From Eutreptiella sp. 'Long Island Sound 2002' (Eukaryota > Protista > Euglenida): a DNA stretch of 64,000 nucleotides. The stretch spans positions 20,832,001 to 20,896,000 of the forward strand of contig OZ038379.1 of the NCBI GenBank assembly GCA_964036045.1, in the 5' to 3' direction. The notes beneath the pieces are model-generated. The model made no database searches. It saw nothing but the letters and a program-made list of their open reading frames with translations, and was not told the origin of the DNA. The number at the start of each line of letters is the position of its first letter. Position 1 is the first letter of the stretch. Of this stretch, positions 23,855 through 36,420 are shown piece by piece. Position numbers and translations under genes: made by a program.

Positions 23855-24975
23855 ATACATATATATATTACTACTCCCCTCTCCCCTTAAATTTAGCTCA
23901 CAAGCAACAAGCATGCACCATGCCGTTTTGGCCATTGCTCCGTCCCAACGCTTCGGATCCTTTGCCCATGTAGCCATCTTGGAGCCTAGGTGGTGGCCTT
24001 GCCAAATCCAAGTTTTGAGCCAAAAACTCACCGGTGGCAGCCCGGGGCGTGGGTGCCAAGTTGGGAGGTGCCCTCCCAAAGCTTTGTGCCAAAAGCAGCC
24101 ATTTTTCGCCCAAAACAGCCCCCAAACCCGGGCGAAACACCCAAACGAAGGGAAACGGTGGTTACACTACACGTGTGGCTTGACTTCACCATGTCAAAGA
24201 GCCCTCCAGTGCCCTTCAACTCCACGAATTGTCTGAGAAATGGCCCAAAAAGGCGCCAAAAAGCCCCAAAATCTGCGCAATGTGCACCAACATCCCGAAA
24301 CCAAGCACGGGCCGTATCGTGGGCTACGTGGCTCAAAACGGAATTCCGAGGGCACCTAGTCTACCCGCAACCTCCCACTTTTTGTGGTTTCCAAGCCTCA
24401 GAATCGCCCAACGAGACGCCTAGACCCCCGTACCAGTGGTCACTTGGTGGAGCCGGAGGGCAGCACAGCCCGCGCACAGTTGGGGCCAACGGTGGGTCCA
24501 CCATGGTCCCCGGGGCGGAAAAAAAGAATTTTTTCAAAGTTGTTCCGAAACCACTTGGGATGCTCAAACAAGTGTTTTTACGCCGTTTGGAGCCCGGGGT
24601 GGCGCATTTTTAGGCCATGGAAAACCTCAAAATGCCTTGAAAATGGGCCTTTCAAGACCAAAAATGGGTCAAAAATGGGTCAAAAACGCACTTTTCCAAA
24701 AGTGATCCTGGACCACTTGGGATGCTCAAACAAGTGTTTTTAGCCCATTTTGAGCCCGAGGTTATGTGTTTTGACCCATGGAAAATCCCAAAATGCTTTG
24801 AAAATGGGCCGTTGAAGGACCAAAAATGGGTGAAAAATGGGTCAAAAACGCGTTTTTCCAAAAGTGATCCTGGACCATTTGGGATGCTCAAACAAATCTT
24901 TTAGCCCATTTTGAGCCCAATTTAACCCAGTTTAGCCCTTTCCGCCACATGTATGCACCAAGTTGTACCCTTCGC
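23855..24975 (-). repeat. ~1.1 kb dispersed repeat, copy 2 (inverted relative to 15718-16835)
   Basis: ttgggatgctcaaacaa recurs at 24555, 24717 and 24879 (162-bp period); the core matches copy 1. Confidence 0.85.
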
Positions 24976-25019
24976 GCGTACCTTAGAGCCGTATGGTGCA
25001 GCCACCTAGAGTTGGGAAG

Positions 25020-25480
25020 GTGCACTGTGATGTTTGGTGTGCTGCCGTGCCGTGCCGTGTTGCGTCGTGCTGTGGTGTTTTGGCTTGTGCTATGTTGCTT
25101 GCTGCTTTCCATGCCTGTGTGCCATGCTATGTTGCGTCTCGGTGTTGTATTTTGATGTACCGTCTGTATTGGGTTGTGCTGTTTCTGCGTCGCGTCGTTT
25201 GGCACGGTGCTGTGCTTTGCGACGCTGTGCTGTTTTGCGGTTTGCTCTTTCCCTGGGCGCTGTGCGGGCTGTGCTGTTCTTTGCTGCGCTGTGTTGTGCC
25301 GTGCTGTACCGTTCGTGTTATCCGAGCTTTATTTGCTCTTGCGGTGGTTTGCTGTGCCTTGTGGTGCCAGTGTGTTGTGTGTGTCGGGGTGTGGGGCTTT
25401 GGGTGGCGTGATCTTATGTTGGTTGGTCCCACATGTGCCGTCGTGTTGCCTTCCGTGTCCCGCTTCATGCGGCGTAGTTT
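25020..25480. repeat. GTGCT/TGT-rich low-complexity tract (reverse complement of the CAC-rich type)
   Basis: Direct inspection. Confidence 0.75.
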
Positions 25481-26039
25481 TGCTCCGACTTTTTCTTTTT
25501 TTCTGTGTGTTCTGTTTTCATTACCTAAAATCTAGAATTTTCCTTTGTGTACAATTATGCTCCACTCAACCAACACACATGCAGGCAAACAAAACCACTC
25601 ATGTTTGAAACCCTTACATGTGACCTGCCCGCCATGGCCATGTCCTGATGTTCTGGTTGGTGAAGTTGTTGATGGTGTTGGAGTTGCTGAAGTGGTTGAT
25701 TTGCAAGGGGTTAAGCAGGTTTTCCCTAGGGCTACTCGCCTAAATTGACGGGATGGGGTTAAGAGTGGAAACAAAGAAGGAAGACAAGTACATTGAGAAC
25801 AATACGAAAGGCTTGAAGAAGGTTGCGGAGCCAATATTTCTGTGGAAAACTTTTTCAGTTTACGCGCAGCTTGTGACGCGGTTTTCTGCCTATGCAGGTT
25901 TGTGAGCAACAAGCAACACGCCATCATTATTGCGTAAGGTGCTTACGGTGCTATTTCCTTGCCTACTTAAGCCCGAAAAAAAGTAGATGGGGGTTCATGT
26001 ATTTTTGGTGCCACGAGTAACGGAACATAAACACCAATC

Positions 26040-26760
26040 AGGCTGTTCGGTCCAATCGGCATCCAATGCTTATATTTTTTACGAAGTCGCACCGGCAGTC
26101 ATTAGACGTTTTGCAAGATTGTACGATCAATCAGTTGATTTTTTGATGTCCAACCCAAAATCTTGTGCGGTTGCCCGATCAATGATTCCAATTTCTGCCA
26201 GGCCGCCCCGCCAATCATTTCAGATTTTTTGGGTTTGCAATAGCAATTATTTAATGATTTCTGAGTTCAATGATCGTTCATTTCATGTTTTGTAAAGTTG
26301 CACCACCGGCTGATTTTTTTATGACGTTGCACCACCAATCCTTTAACATTTTGTTAGACCGCGCTAGCAGTCATGTGATGTTTCGTGGAGTTGCACCACC
26401 AATCATTTGCGAAATAGCAAGATCAATGATTGTAATTTTTGTTCGCTCCACGAAGAATCATTTGATGTTTTCCTAGGTCGGATCACCAATCATTAGATGT
26501 TTTTTAAGCTCGGACCACGAATCATTAGATGGTTCAGTAGGCTGCACGACCAGTCGTTTGATTTTTTGTTGGGCCGCACGGCCAATCATAAGACATTTTG
26601 CTATGTCGCACCACAAATCACTACGCGTTTGGCAAGGTGGCACGAACAATTGTTTGGAGTTTTGCAACGTCGCACCACAGATCATGATATCACCTGGGAG
26701 GTTGCACCTTCAACCATGACATGTTTAGAGCGGACCCATAATCAGTCATTTTATGCTCTG
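26040..26760 (+). repeat. Degenerate tandem array built on gcaccaccaatcatt...gatttttt motifs
   Basis: caatcatt/caatcagt plus gtcgcacc/gttgcacc recur many times over ~700 bp; the exact period was not determined. Confidence 0.7.
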
Positions 26761-29479
26761 TGAGGTCTCTTCGGCAATCATTTGATGCTAATGCACTGTT
26801 TCCCCTCCTGTAAGGCATTGGCACTCTTGAGTGCAGAGCTACACATTATCAAAGCTCAGCGACTTGAGAACTTAATCAAAAACGATTTTCCGCAACACGG
26901 GAGCATCTGCAATAATATTATTCGAAAAAGCGCGATCGCAAACACAAATGCCTACGTGCACCATGCATTCAACGCAAACTCTGAGTACCAAAGAAGCAGA
27001 AGCGCTTCAACTGCTTACAACAAAATTAGCTGATGTCTAGAATGTACGCTTGTCAACCACCACCAAAGCAAAACCACTCCGCCGCCATCGAAACGCCCGT
27101 CGCCACAAAATCAAACTGCCGGTCAGCTCACCTCCCACTGTTGTTAGCTACATTTATATCATGTACACATGTCCAGCATGTTTTGCTGCTTTGCTGCTAG
27201 CACTGTCTCACCACAAGCAGCACCCAACTCCGTCCACACCAAGAGATTTTGATTAATACCAAGTCCATGAATCTACACCGTTGACCATCCAAAGTCTCTG
27301 ACCAAGTGTGCAGGAAGACCTACCACCAGCTGCCTCTCAACCATCACTAATTGGGGAATCCACTCCTTCCACTGTCTTAGCGCAAACCTTAGTCCCGAGC
27401 CATCTCAATTCAACCCCAAATTCCAACTCACAAGAGCGTACCTCTGCAATCATGCTGAAAAACCACAAGGTAAAGGACAACCACTCTTTTCACATACGAG
27501 CACACGTTCTTCCGTAGACCTTGAGCCATGCGTCGTTACCAAAGGTCAACGCAATGCCCAGGGTATCAAGCCTCGCGCGGTTTTTCCACAACCCTGATTG
27601 CATTGCTACAGCCGACAATGTCCACACTCTGCCTTCCCCGCACACAATCACCTCCAAGTTTGCTTCTACCAATGTGTCGAATTCTTTAAGTGATGAGCCG
27701 GCGAAGAACCAAGAAAAAGCTGAGAGCGACATGTCTATGGATGTTGAGATCCCCCCAGATGAGTGGCAAACCATCATTCACAAAAATCATTTTTAGTCTT
27801 CGACAGCATCGCTACTTGCTTTTGAGCCAGACATGAGACACCGCACTACATACAGAAGAAAATTGCTGCTGCCAGGTTAGACAACAAAGTGGAATTCGCC
27901 TTCAAGCACCGAAAAGATGTCAAAACTCCACAAACCATCGCAAGCAAAGAGAAGCAATTAGAAAACCTAAGCGCACCGACAGAAGCACAAGTCAAGGAGT
28001 ACCCTCACTCGTGTCTCACGGCATGGTCACTAGGAACACTTTCAAGAAAATACGCATCTTAAGCGACGTCGGACTCACAGGACACCCTGCCACAGCACAC
28101 GACAGGGCCGTGGAGATGGTTCCTGGGTTCAGAGAGCAATCAAATTGAGCGCCTATTGGGGAAACCTTTGAGATTTTTATTGTCTTCTTGCATGTTAGAG
28201 ATGGTAGAGGTGACCCATGCGTGTTGCTTACAAGAAAAAATCACGGCTCCCTATCAGAAAGGGCCCAAAAAATGCCCGGTGTACGCCCGGCGCATAGCCG
28301 CTCTCCCTATGCTTCAAAGAAACCCAAAACCATCATCAAACAATTGTGCCACGGAAAAAATATATATTTATGTATAATCTGATAATAAATACCACCTAAA
28401 CAACACCGATCAACGACAGCAATTGCCCACCTACGCACATGTATGAAAAATAAACAAATTTATGTATTTATTGTTTATTTTGCCTATGGCCTGGCCTACA
28501 CTGAATTAGACATTGCATCACGGTTGCATTCTGCTTTTTCAGCACCCCTTCAGTGTGCTTGGGATGGGGGCGCAGCACCCAAGATGGTGCAGAACCGCGG
28601 CATCTTTAATGCACGTGTCCAATCAGCATTTGTGATATTCATGATTTTGTTTTTGTGCTGTACAACCCATATGAAAACTTGAAAACATGCTGATTTCTGC
28701 ACGGTTTTACGGCTTGTCTTGACACACATACATGTGTTGCTGCTCTGCATCCGGGATCCTGGGAGTCCAACACGTTAATTTTGCATAAATCACTTGTGGC
28801 ACATTTTGTTTTCTCTTGTTTCCTTTTCCTTCATGTCTCCCTACCCACCTCAACATCCTGGGCATCATCACGTCTCCCAAACCATCTCAGAATCCTGGGA
28901 ATCAGCGCAACAACACAACAAAACATTGCCACACAACTGGGGCAGGAATCTGCATTCATGAAATGATTCAGGAGTAAACGGTCAGTGGTGGCACAATGTC
29001 ACAATATCTTCTTAACCACATGCTACATTTTCACTACTCAGCTTTGCCCTGGGAAGCAGCCGGGAGAACAAATTGCAGTGACAAATTCTGTCACTTCTCA
29101 GCCTTGCAATAAAAAAATTGCATCTCTCACAAACCATGGAAGTGCAGAATGAAAATCTGAGAAACCAAATGAATGCCCATGGCTGCACACAGAATTCATG
29201 GTGTCATGTTGTTTGCAACATGCTTCAGATTGCTGGCATGTAGCTGGAAAGGAACGTAGGTTTTTTCTGCAAAATGTAAACAGAGTGCGCACGGTCAAAA
29301 CAGCATTCTGGTCCTGAAATTGGTGGGGGCACAGCCAGGAACATGAATATCCACCAAACATTCCACTGTGGTGCAGTGCAATGCAGGGGATGAAAAGACT
29401 GCGAATACTGTGCATGCACACAAGTAAACCATGCCCTGCCCGATCTCACAGAAATCCCTAAATCATTCCCACAGAAAAA

Positions 29480-32400
29480 CAGCCTGTTCCCCACCCGTGT
29501 ATTATGTCACCAGACGATAGCGGTCGATTTCAATGTTTGTGGCTGCACCACCAACCTTTCAAAAATTATCTTCTATGACTGCAGTACACTTGGTTGGCCA
29601 TTCTGCTGTTTTTTGGGAGGAGAGTTTTGCTTTCTGGGTTTTTTACACATTTTCCACGGAACCTGGGGAGGGGCCATCGAAGCAGCACACTGCGTATCAC
29701 AGAATATCCTTGGCCTGTACCTGCGGTAGATTGGGCCCTTGTCCCATGTTTTTTCAGCTGATCTGCATCATCACCAAAATCAACCAAACACTGCTCTCTG
29801 ATATTGCATCAAACTTTTCTTCCAGAATGCTTGCTAAGGGGTCAATTTTTTGCTTTGCAAGCTGTTGTCTCAAGTCCTGGCAACGTGAGCATTGGCAGCG
29901 TCAGGGAGTGTGCCTGCACAAGTTTGTGGCAGCAGGCAACAGGACACTTGGCCTGTTTCGCCACATGGATGACAATGTTTTGACCGTGTTCAGGATCTGG
30001 CACTTCAGCAGCCTGGATACATTTACGTACTTCAGAGCTGCATGCCTGAGAATGTAGCCGCCCCACACAAAGCTGTTGAAACTGAAAATGCTGACAAACA
30101 GATTCACTGGAGAGCAAATACCATATGGCATATTCATTTGACACATTTTCTCCCCAGAGCTTAAGGATTGGCGGATTTTTTTACATTGACCCATGGGGCA
30201 ACTTTTTGCAGAATTCCCGTGAAGAGGGTTGGTCGCTGGGAGCAAAATGGATGAAAACGTTGCTTCACCGGTCCAATTCGATGACCCCCAGCAATTCATG
30301 TGCCTCGTAAATGCTCAGGACACAGAAAGATACCACACAGTGGCGTCACAAAGACATATTACCAGCTAAGATAACACCGTGTGAATTAAACCAACTTGCA
30401 CCGTTGGTCCCGGGCATAAAACCACCCCCAAATGGGGGATAAAACCACCCTTAAAACCACCCCGGGTGGTTTTATTCCCACTTTTATGGGGGATAAAACC
30501 ACCCCTTTTGGGGGATAAAACCACCCCTTTGGGGGGATATAACCACCCCTTATGGGGGATAAAACCACCCCCCCTTGTTAAAACCACCCCCTTCGGGGGG
30601 ATAAAACCACCCCAAGGTGGTTTTATGCCACCAAAGCATAAAATGACACAACAGGGCAAAACAAAGCAAAACAATCTAAACCAAAGAAATCTGAAGAGTG
30701 CAATGTGCGAAACGATACTTATATGGCTTGATAGCATGATATCCACACACTTACAAACCCCTCCATAACAAAAACCTCCTGGAGCCGGGTCATCCCTGTC
30801 ATACCAGGTTCTGACTGAGCAGCAACAATTCCACAACTTTGCCTCAGGGCACGGAAAGCCTGCAGGCCCTAAGCCGATGCTTATTCCATCAATGAATTGG
30901 TATCGGACGAAGATTCAGGCCTTCTGTGCAGTAGCCCCCTCCAGGGCCAGCCCTCTGCATTAGCCCCCCCCCCCCCCGCCCCCCCCCCCAACTCCATACA
31001 AGTCTTTCATGTGTCTTCCACTGTGCTCGTTGTGTGTGGTCACCAGGACTTCTTCCTTTGTGCTTGAGCAGGACGTGTGAACAGCTTGCGGAATAATAAT
31101 ACAGATGCTTTGCCAACCAGCGACACAAACAAAAATCCCTCCCTGGCACCTGGATGATCCCTGATTCCCTCATCCTTGATCCCTGACTCATGACACATTC
31201 TCTGGAAGTAAAGCAGGGTGCAGAACGGGGTGCGTTGACAAATGAACACCCAAGGAGTGAATCTCAGTTGACTAGGCTGTAGTGTGCCTTCCAACGTGCA
31301 TGGGATGATCTACTGCTCAACTGGCTGAGACGTGAAACTCTTCTTCCTGTGATAAACCATCCTGAATTCCTGTCTCTACTGCCCCTTGGGGCCAGATGAC
31401 CTTCAGTAACACAAGTAACACAGACACGGCACAGAAAATTTTCATGTCTGCAACATCCCTGACCTGTTGAAGTCCAAAAATGTGTGGAACCCGAGGGCAG
31501 GGGGCAAGAAGGCGGGGGTGGCCCAGGCAAGAGGGCAGGAGAGGAACTTACAGGTTTATATTTTTATATCCCACCCTGCTCTCTCGGACCCCTTGAGTGC
31601 CTGGGCGTCCTCTCCTCTCCCCCCAGGTGGGCAAGAAGGTGAAACCTGCCTGTCCAGGCACCCAGCCATCAAACAGCACCTGTTTAACTAAGAAAGGATG
31701 GTTCGCCAAAAATGAAAAAATAAACTTGCAAAGCGGTGCTGTCAGTGGCCCCCTGTGTTTAACTGACTTTTGTTTGTTTCTTGTTGGGGCTGGTTGCTTC
31801 GGGGAAGGGGTCGAGAGCAGGGGGGAGGGGTTTAAGGGGTATGTGCGCCTGTCAGTGACTGATAGGGGGGACCCGTAGCAACACACATGAAATGATGTCC
31901 TGCACACCTGAATAGCCGTCCTACATCCACCACAACCATGGAAAACCCAATATCCACTGGTAAAAAAAGTTGTGTGAGCATTCGACTGCGGAACCAGGGG
32001 GCGGTTCTTGCACAAGGCGGTTCCTAGGCACGGGGGGGGGGGGGGTAGTACACAGCAAAGCAAAGCAAAACAATCTAAAGCAAAGCAGGCTGAAGAGTGC
32101 ACTGTGCGTCTGTCTGTCTTCCGGGACTGAGTTTCCTGGTTCACATTGAGATCGGCCAACCCCCCCCCCCCTGGCCAATAAGGGGATAAAATCACCAGAA
32201 ATGGGGGATAAAACCACCCCAAAGGAGTGATAAAAACCCCCCAATGACCAAATCGGGGGATAAAACCACCCCTATGGGGGGATAAACCCACCCCTGCAAA
32301 AGGGGGGATAAAACCACCCCCAGGTGGCATAAAACCACCCCAGGGGTCAAAAATGGCCAAAAAGGGGGTTGGGGGTGGTTTTATCCCCCATTTGGGGGTG

Positions 32401-32560
32401 GTTTTATACCCACGACCACTTGCACCGTCTGGCACAGCGGGAAAACAGCCAGGCCCAAGCGGACTTTCCTGAAATAAGCACGTACTGCGACATCAAATGA
32501 GGCATTAGCAATCCGAGGTAAATCACCACAGCAATGCATACAGCAGACACTGCTGCCTAG
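29480..32560 (+). mobile_element. Decayed Penelope-like (PLE-type) reverse transcriptase, interrupted by a TIR element
   Basis: In order: IAVDFNVCGCTTNL (DF..lyT-like), RMLAKGSIF (G.PMG-like), LFRHMDDNVL (RYxDD-like, ~29955). After removing the 30405-32418 insert the frame reaches EALAIRGKSP (L..RGY-like). Many stops. Confidence 0.4.
30405..32418. mobile_element. Non-autonomous TIR element (Mutator/foldback-like), 2014 bp, 46-bp TIRs, 10-bp TSD
   Basis: TIRs 30405-30450 and 32373-32418 differ at 3 of 46 positions. cttgcaccgt is duplicated at 30395-30404 and 32419-32428. Internal ggggataaaaccaccc arrays lie at both ends. Confidence 0.9.
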
Positions 32561-32904
32561 TTAACACCAAGCTGGACGCAGCTCCTCGGGGGAATGTTTG
32601 CCCGGCGCGCGCCTGGCGCGCTACCTTTCTATTAACTATCCCGACTTCAGCCCGAGATTTACCCTCTTCTCCCCCAAATAGACCATGATGGACTGCGCAC
32701 CTTCCCTACAAAGCACGTTGCATAATTAGACAATCGCTGTGAATTCAACAACTCCAAATGTCATTTGTATTGTACTTAACAAACGGTACTTGGCCTTTAC
32801 CTTTTCCATAGATTTCGCTATGGTAATGAGTCCCCAAGCCGCAAGTGGTTTGGACGGTGTTTCTGCCTCACGTCACAAGAACGAAGCGCAAACTCAGTAT
32901 TTGC

Positions 32905-33010
32905 TACATCACCCCTGCCTTCTCGGGGTCCCCATGGTGGGGAGAAATCAATATGGCTACATTACCCCTGCTTTCTTGGGGTCCCCATGGTGGGGAGAAA
33001 TCAACCTAGT
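32905..33010 (+). repeat. Two-copy ~48-bp tandem (acccctg..ttctcggggtccccatggtggggagaaatcaa), related to 45295-45680
   Basis: Direct inspection. Confidence 0.75.
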
Positions 33011-33339
33011 AAGGAGTGGATGTGGTGGAAACGAGCAAAAAATGGAAGAAGATTGGTGAAACTGGGTGAGAATCCAAATATACCATATCCAGAATGTGAA
33101 AGAAGCATCAAAATACCCGTTGTCAAACAACAATAATGCCCATAGTATGACAAAGTATGGGGTTCTAGGACGGCTAGACGTCCAAATAGTTGCACTGCGC
33201 GCACACTGCGCTTAGTGCACCCCCTAAAAGGTCATCGGGGGCACGGGTCAAAAAAGATGCCCGGCGCGTGCCCGGCGCGCTAACGCTCCCCCCTCAAATT
33301 GGGCGTGCCAGCATCACTTCCAGTACCTCAAACCCTGCT

Positions 33340-34757
33340 AACAATACCACGGACTGTGCAGATCCTGGCAGACTAAATCCTCATGACGCCCCACTTGAGA
33401 CTGGGTTCTCTGGCAGTGGGCGTTGCAGTTCACGCAAAATGCCATGCAACTTCCCTCACGGATTTTAGGCAGTATGGCGCAGTTTTCCCCACACGGCCAA
33501 CAATAGCCCTGCAGACAACCCCCTCCCATTTTCCTCTCTTCATACCTGGTGCCAAGAATGGCTTTTGTTCAAGCACCCCTTGTGCGTCCGGTCAAAACTC
33601 AAGAAAAATTTGGGTTCATTGCGGACAACTGTTGGTGGAACCCAGGAGCCTCCCCAGGATAGCTTGGAGGCACGGAACATGACGCTGCTCTACAGTGCAA
33701 ATGCGTTCCTAGAGGGAGCACAGGCACTGCGTCGGGTACTTGAACTCCCCCAGCAAATGGTCTGCCTTTGAAGCCCTTGAAAATACTGTACCTTGCTGGA
33801 GGCTTCTGGAAGAAATTGCTGTTGATTCTGGCAGGGTGCGAGGGCCCCCTGGGGCAAGCTCACATGTAGACAAAGGGACAGAATTCTGCAACAAACAGGC
33901 CTGCCAAGATGGGAACATCACAGAGGACATGGCACAACCGAAACAAAAAAGCGCGCATGCGTATTGTCAACCTTTTTGGGCTTCCAACTGGAAGCAGTAG
34001 CCTCTAAATTGGCCAAAAATGCCTGCAGAACAACCCTGTATAAGCACCGCACAGGCACCGCACGTGCAGCGTCTGATACTCCCCCCAAGCTGAAAACCAC
34101 GAGGTACTCCCCAATATCTGACAGCTGAATGATTCAGGGCTTGAAACTCGAACCTTGTGGACAACATACCATCCACAACAGGCGCCGGTGCACCGAAAAA
34201 TGTTCACCAGTTGTTCTGGCAATCCTCAAAAGCCCCAACCAGTGCCAGAAAATGACATTGCACTGCTTAAGCCGAAATGTGGTCCAACGATAGCTGACGG
34301 TGCCTGGAGGTGGGAGGCGAAGCTACAGGGGTCCTTTGACGCCGCCAAAAGACCCACTGGATATTATGGACAGCTTGATGGCACAACTATCAAGACACTC
34401 TTGTGGAACAATAGGCCACTCTTTTGGCACAGCACAGTGATTGCCCATGGAATCTTGCATTGTGGTGGATTTCGGAGGCTTGTCACAATCAAATACAGGA
34501 TGAACTATGCAAGCGCTTGTTGGACGCAGAAAATAAATGGTAAACTAAACCACTGCCACAGTGGAGCAGCTGTGCAGCCACAGAATGCACTGTTGTCCCC
34601 ACACCTTCTCCAAATTTTTGCTTCTGTGGCAGATGAATATGCTTTTGAGAGGGAGGCTTGGGAACAAAGTGAAAAAGAGGTAGATAACAACTTGAAACAA
34701 AAATGCATTTTGGAGGCCCCTCAAAAGCAGCTGCTCAAAGAGTCAACCTGTTCATGA
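33340..34757 (+). pseudogene. Decayed C5-cytosine DNA methyltransferase (DNMT1/CMT-like catalytic domain), intronless
   Basis: Motifs in canonical order across frames: I LETGFSGSGRCS (33406-33420); IV VGGTQEPPQDS (33631, Cys absent); VI ALENTV (33779); VIII HGTTETKKRACVL (~33930); TRD LLKPKCGPTIADGAWRWEAK...AKRPTGYYGQLDGTTIKTLL; IX HSTVIAH...RRLVTIK; X VQPQNALLSPHLL. Confidence 0.6.
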
Positions 34758-34949
34758 ACCTGACATCAGGAACTGACGACATGTGACAAGTCGGGTCGCT
34801 GAGCTTAGAACAGCGTCTGCGGATGGCTCGGGTCTTTTGAAGGCTGAGGGAGTTTGAGATATGTCAGTGAGTGTGAATATATGCAGGCTCATGACTGCGT
34901 GGGTCATGACTGGGGTGTACATTCCATTGCCACATCCATTTGCTTTTTC

Positions 34950-36420
34950 ATGCCAAACAGACCCGCGATTGACAAGAAGCCAAAAAACCAGACTCCATCA
35001 GAACACCAAACGGCCCTGGGATGGGTTTGGGTCATCATCACATGGACACAATACACGTACTCTAGCACCCATGGGGACACGCGTAGCACCAGCCAGGCCT
35101 GGGTAGCTAGGGCTGGGGAGCCCCAGAGATCACGAAAATCGCAGTCTTCCCACTGTTTGGTGGTACCTGAAAATACTCGAAATTTTCGCCATATCCGAAA
35201 ACCTTCTGTGGGCCCTTGGGTCACCATATGGGGACAATACATGTGCAGTTGGTGGGCACCAAGGGGCCATACAAGCACAGCTGTTTTCTGGTTGGCACAC
35301 AGGTATGCGTGACAGGAAATGGTTGCACAGTGCACATGGTGGGGCCCATGTTCACATACACAGTGGGGGGATCGCAAGTTGCTCTGGCTGTGGTTGGGGG
35401 CAAATGAACAAGGAACTTGATAGGGATGGCAAAGAGCCGACAGTGATCAGGCCTTCTTGCGCCAAGCAACTTTGGTTAGTCAATGTATGATCAACACGGT
35501 GAATGCAATATCACCCACCCACACCCACCACCCCCACCCACAGAGCTGAGAACAGGCCCCCATCCCCCTGATCTCAGGGTTAGGGTTACAGGGGCACTCA
35601 GGGAGGCTTGCATGAAGGGTCTCTTGTCCACCAGGAAGACGGGATGGGTGTACTTTGGTGTGTGCCTGGCCAAAAGGCCATTTGTACCAGAGGGAAAGAC
35701 ATGACTTCTTCTCCATGACAGACATGGATGTCTAATGGGGGGAGGAATGTCCAAACAAACTGATCCGAAACGACCACCCGGAGGGAGGTGCTTAGAAACG
35801 TGAGATGCTGCAGACCATGCCCCTGACAGCCTTGGGCAGCCTTCCCCTCACAGGCTTGGGCACCATGCGAAGCGTCTTTTTGGCGTGTCAGGCCAGGGTG
35901 AAGAGTTTCCCATCTGCATCTGTCCATGGTCAGTGGGCCAGAGTTGTAGTAGCAGCCACCACAATTGCATTGATGAGGAAGTGGGCTGGACGCCTCGATG
36001 TTGTGTGATGACCCTTCAGCCACCATGGCCCTGCTATTGTGATAAGTCTGGGGGGGGAAGGCATAAAGTGCAACGAAATACTTGTGCACGGTGTGCGCGC
36101 AGTGCCGTGCGCTGTGCGGTGCACGTGCTACGCATGTTTCCGCCTTAATGCATAGTCCGCATCCTCCTCAACTTCCTCCTTCACCCTCGCAAATACAAAG
36201 CCATTTGGCTGATCAAGGGAGTCACCCAGCTGATCACCATTTGAGCCAGGAGAAATAAATGTCCCAAGGTCATTTCACATAAACTCCAACCAGGGCTGTG
36301 GAAGAGTGGTGTTTCCATGACATGAGGAACAGTGCATGTTAAATGATTCACTTTCATGCACAAAAACACCCAAAAACTGTGCAACATGGCGCACCACCCA
36401 TGACACCGCATGCCCACCTA
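34950..36420 (+). mobile_element. Decayed L1/Tx1-like LINE ORF2 3' part
   Basis: TCARCARSAVRCAVHVLRM (CxxC...H, zf-RVT-like, ~36080) followed by LITI*ARRNK (IW-x-x-RN with W to stop, ~36240); weak YLG-like and GR..LI-like segments upstream. Confidence 0.3.

Noticed and set aside
34155-34757. D5/SF3 primase-helicase (Polinton/virus-like) reading of GGFRRLVTIKY
   Set aside because: No Walker A motif upstream, and the ordered C5-MTase motifs explain the whole 1.4-kb region better.
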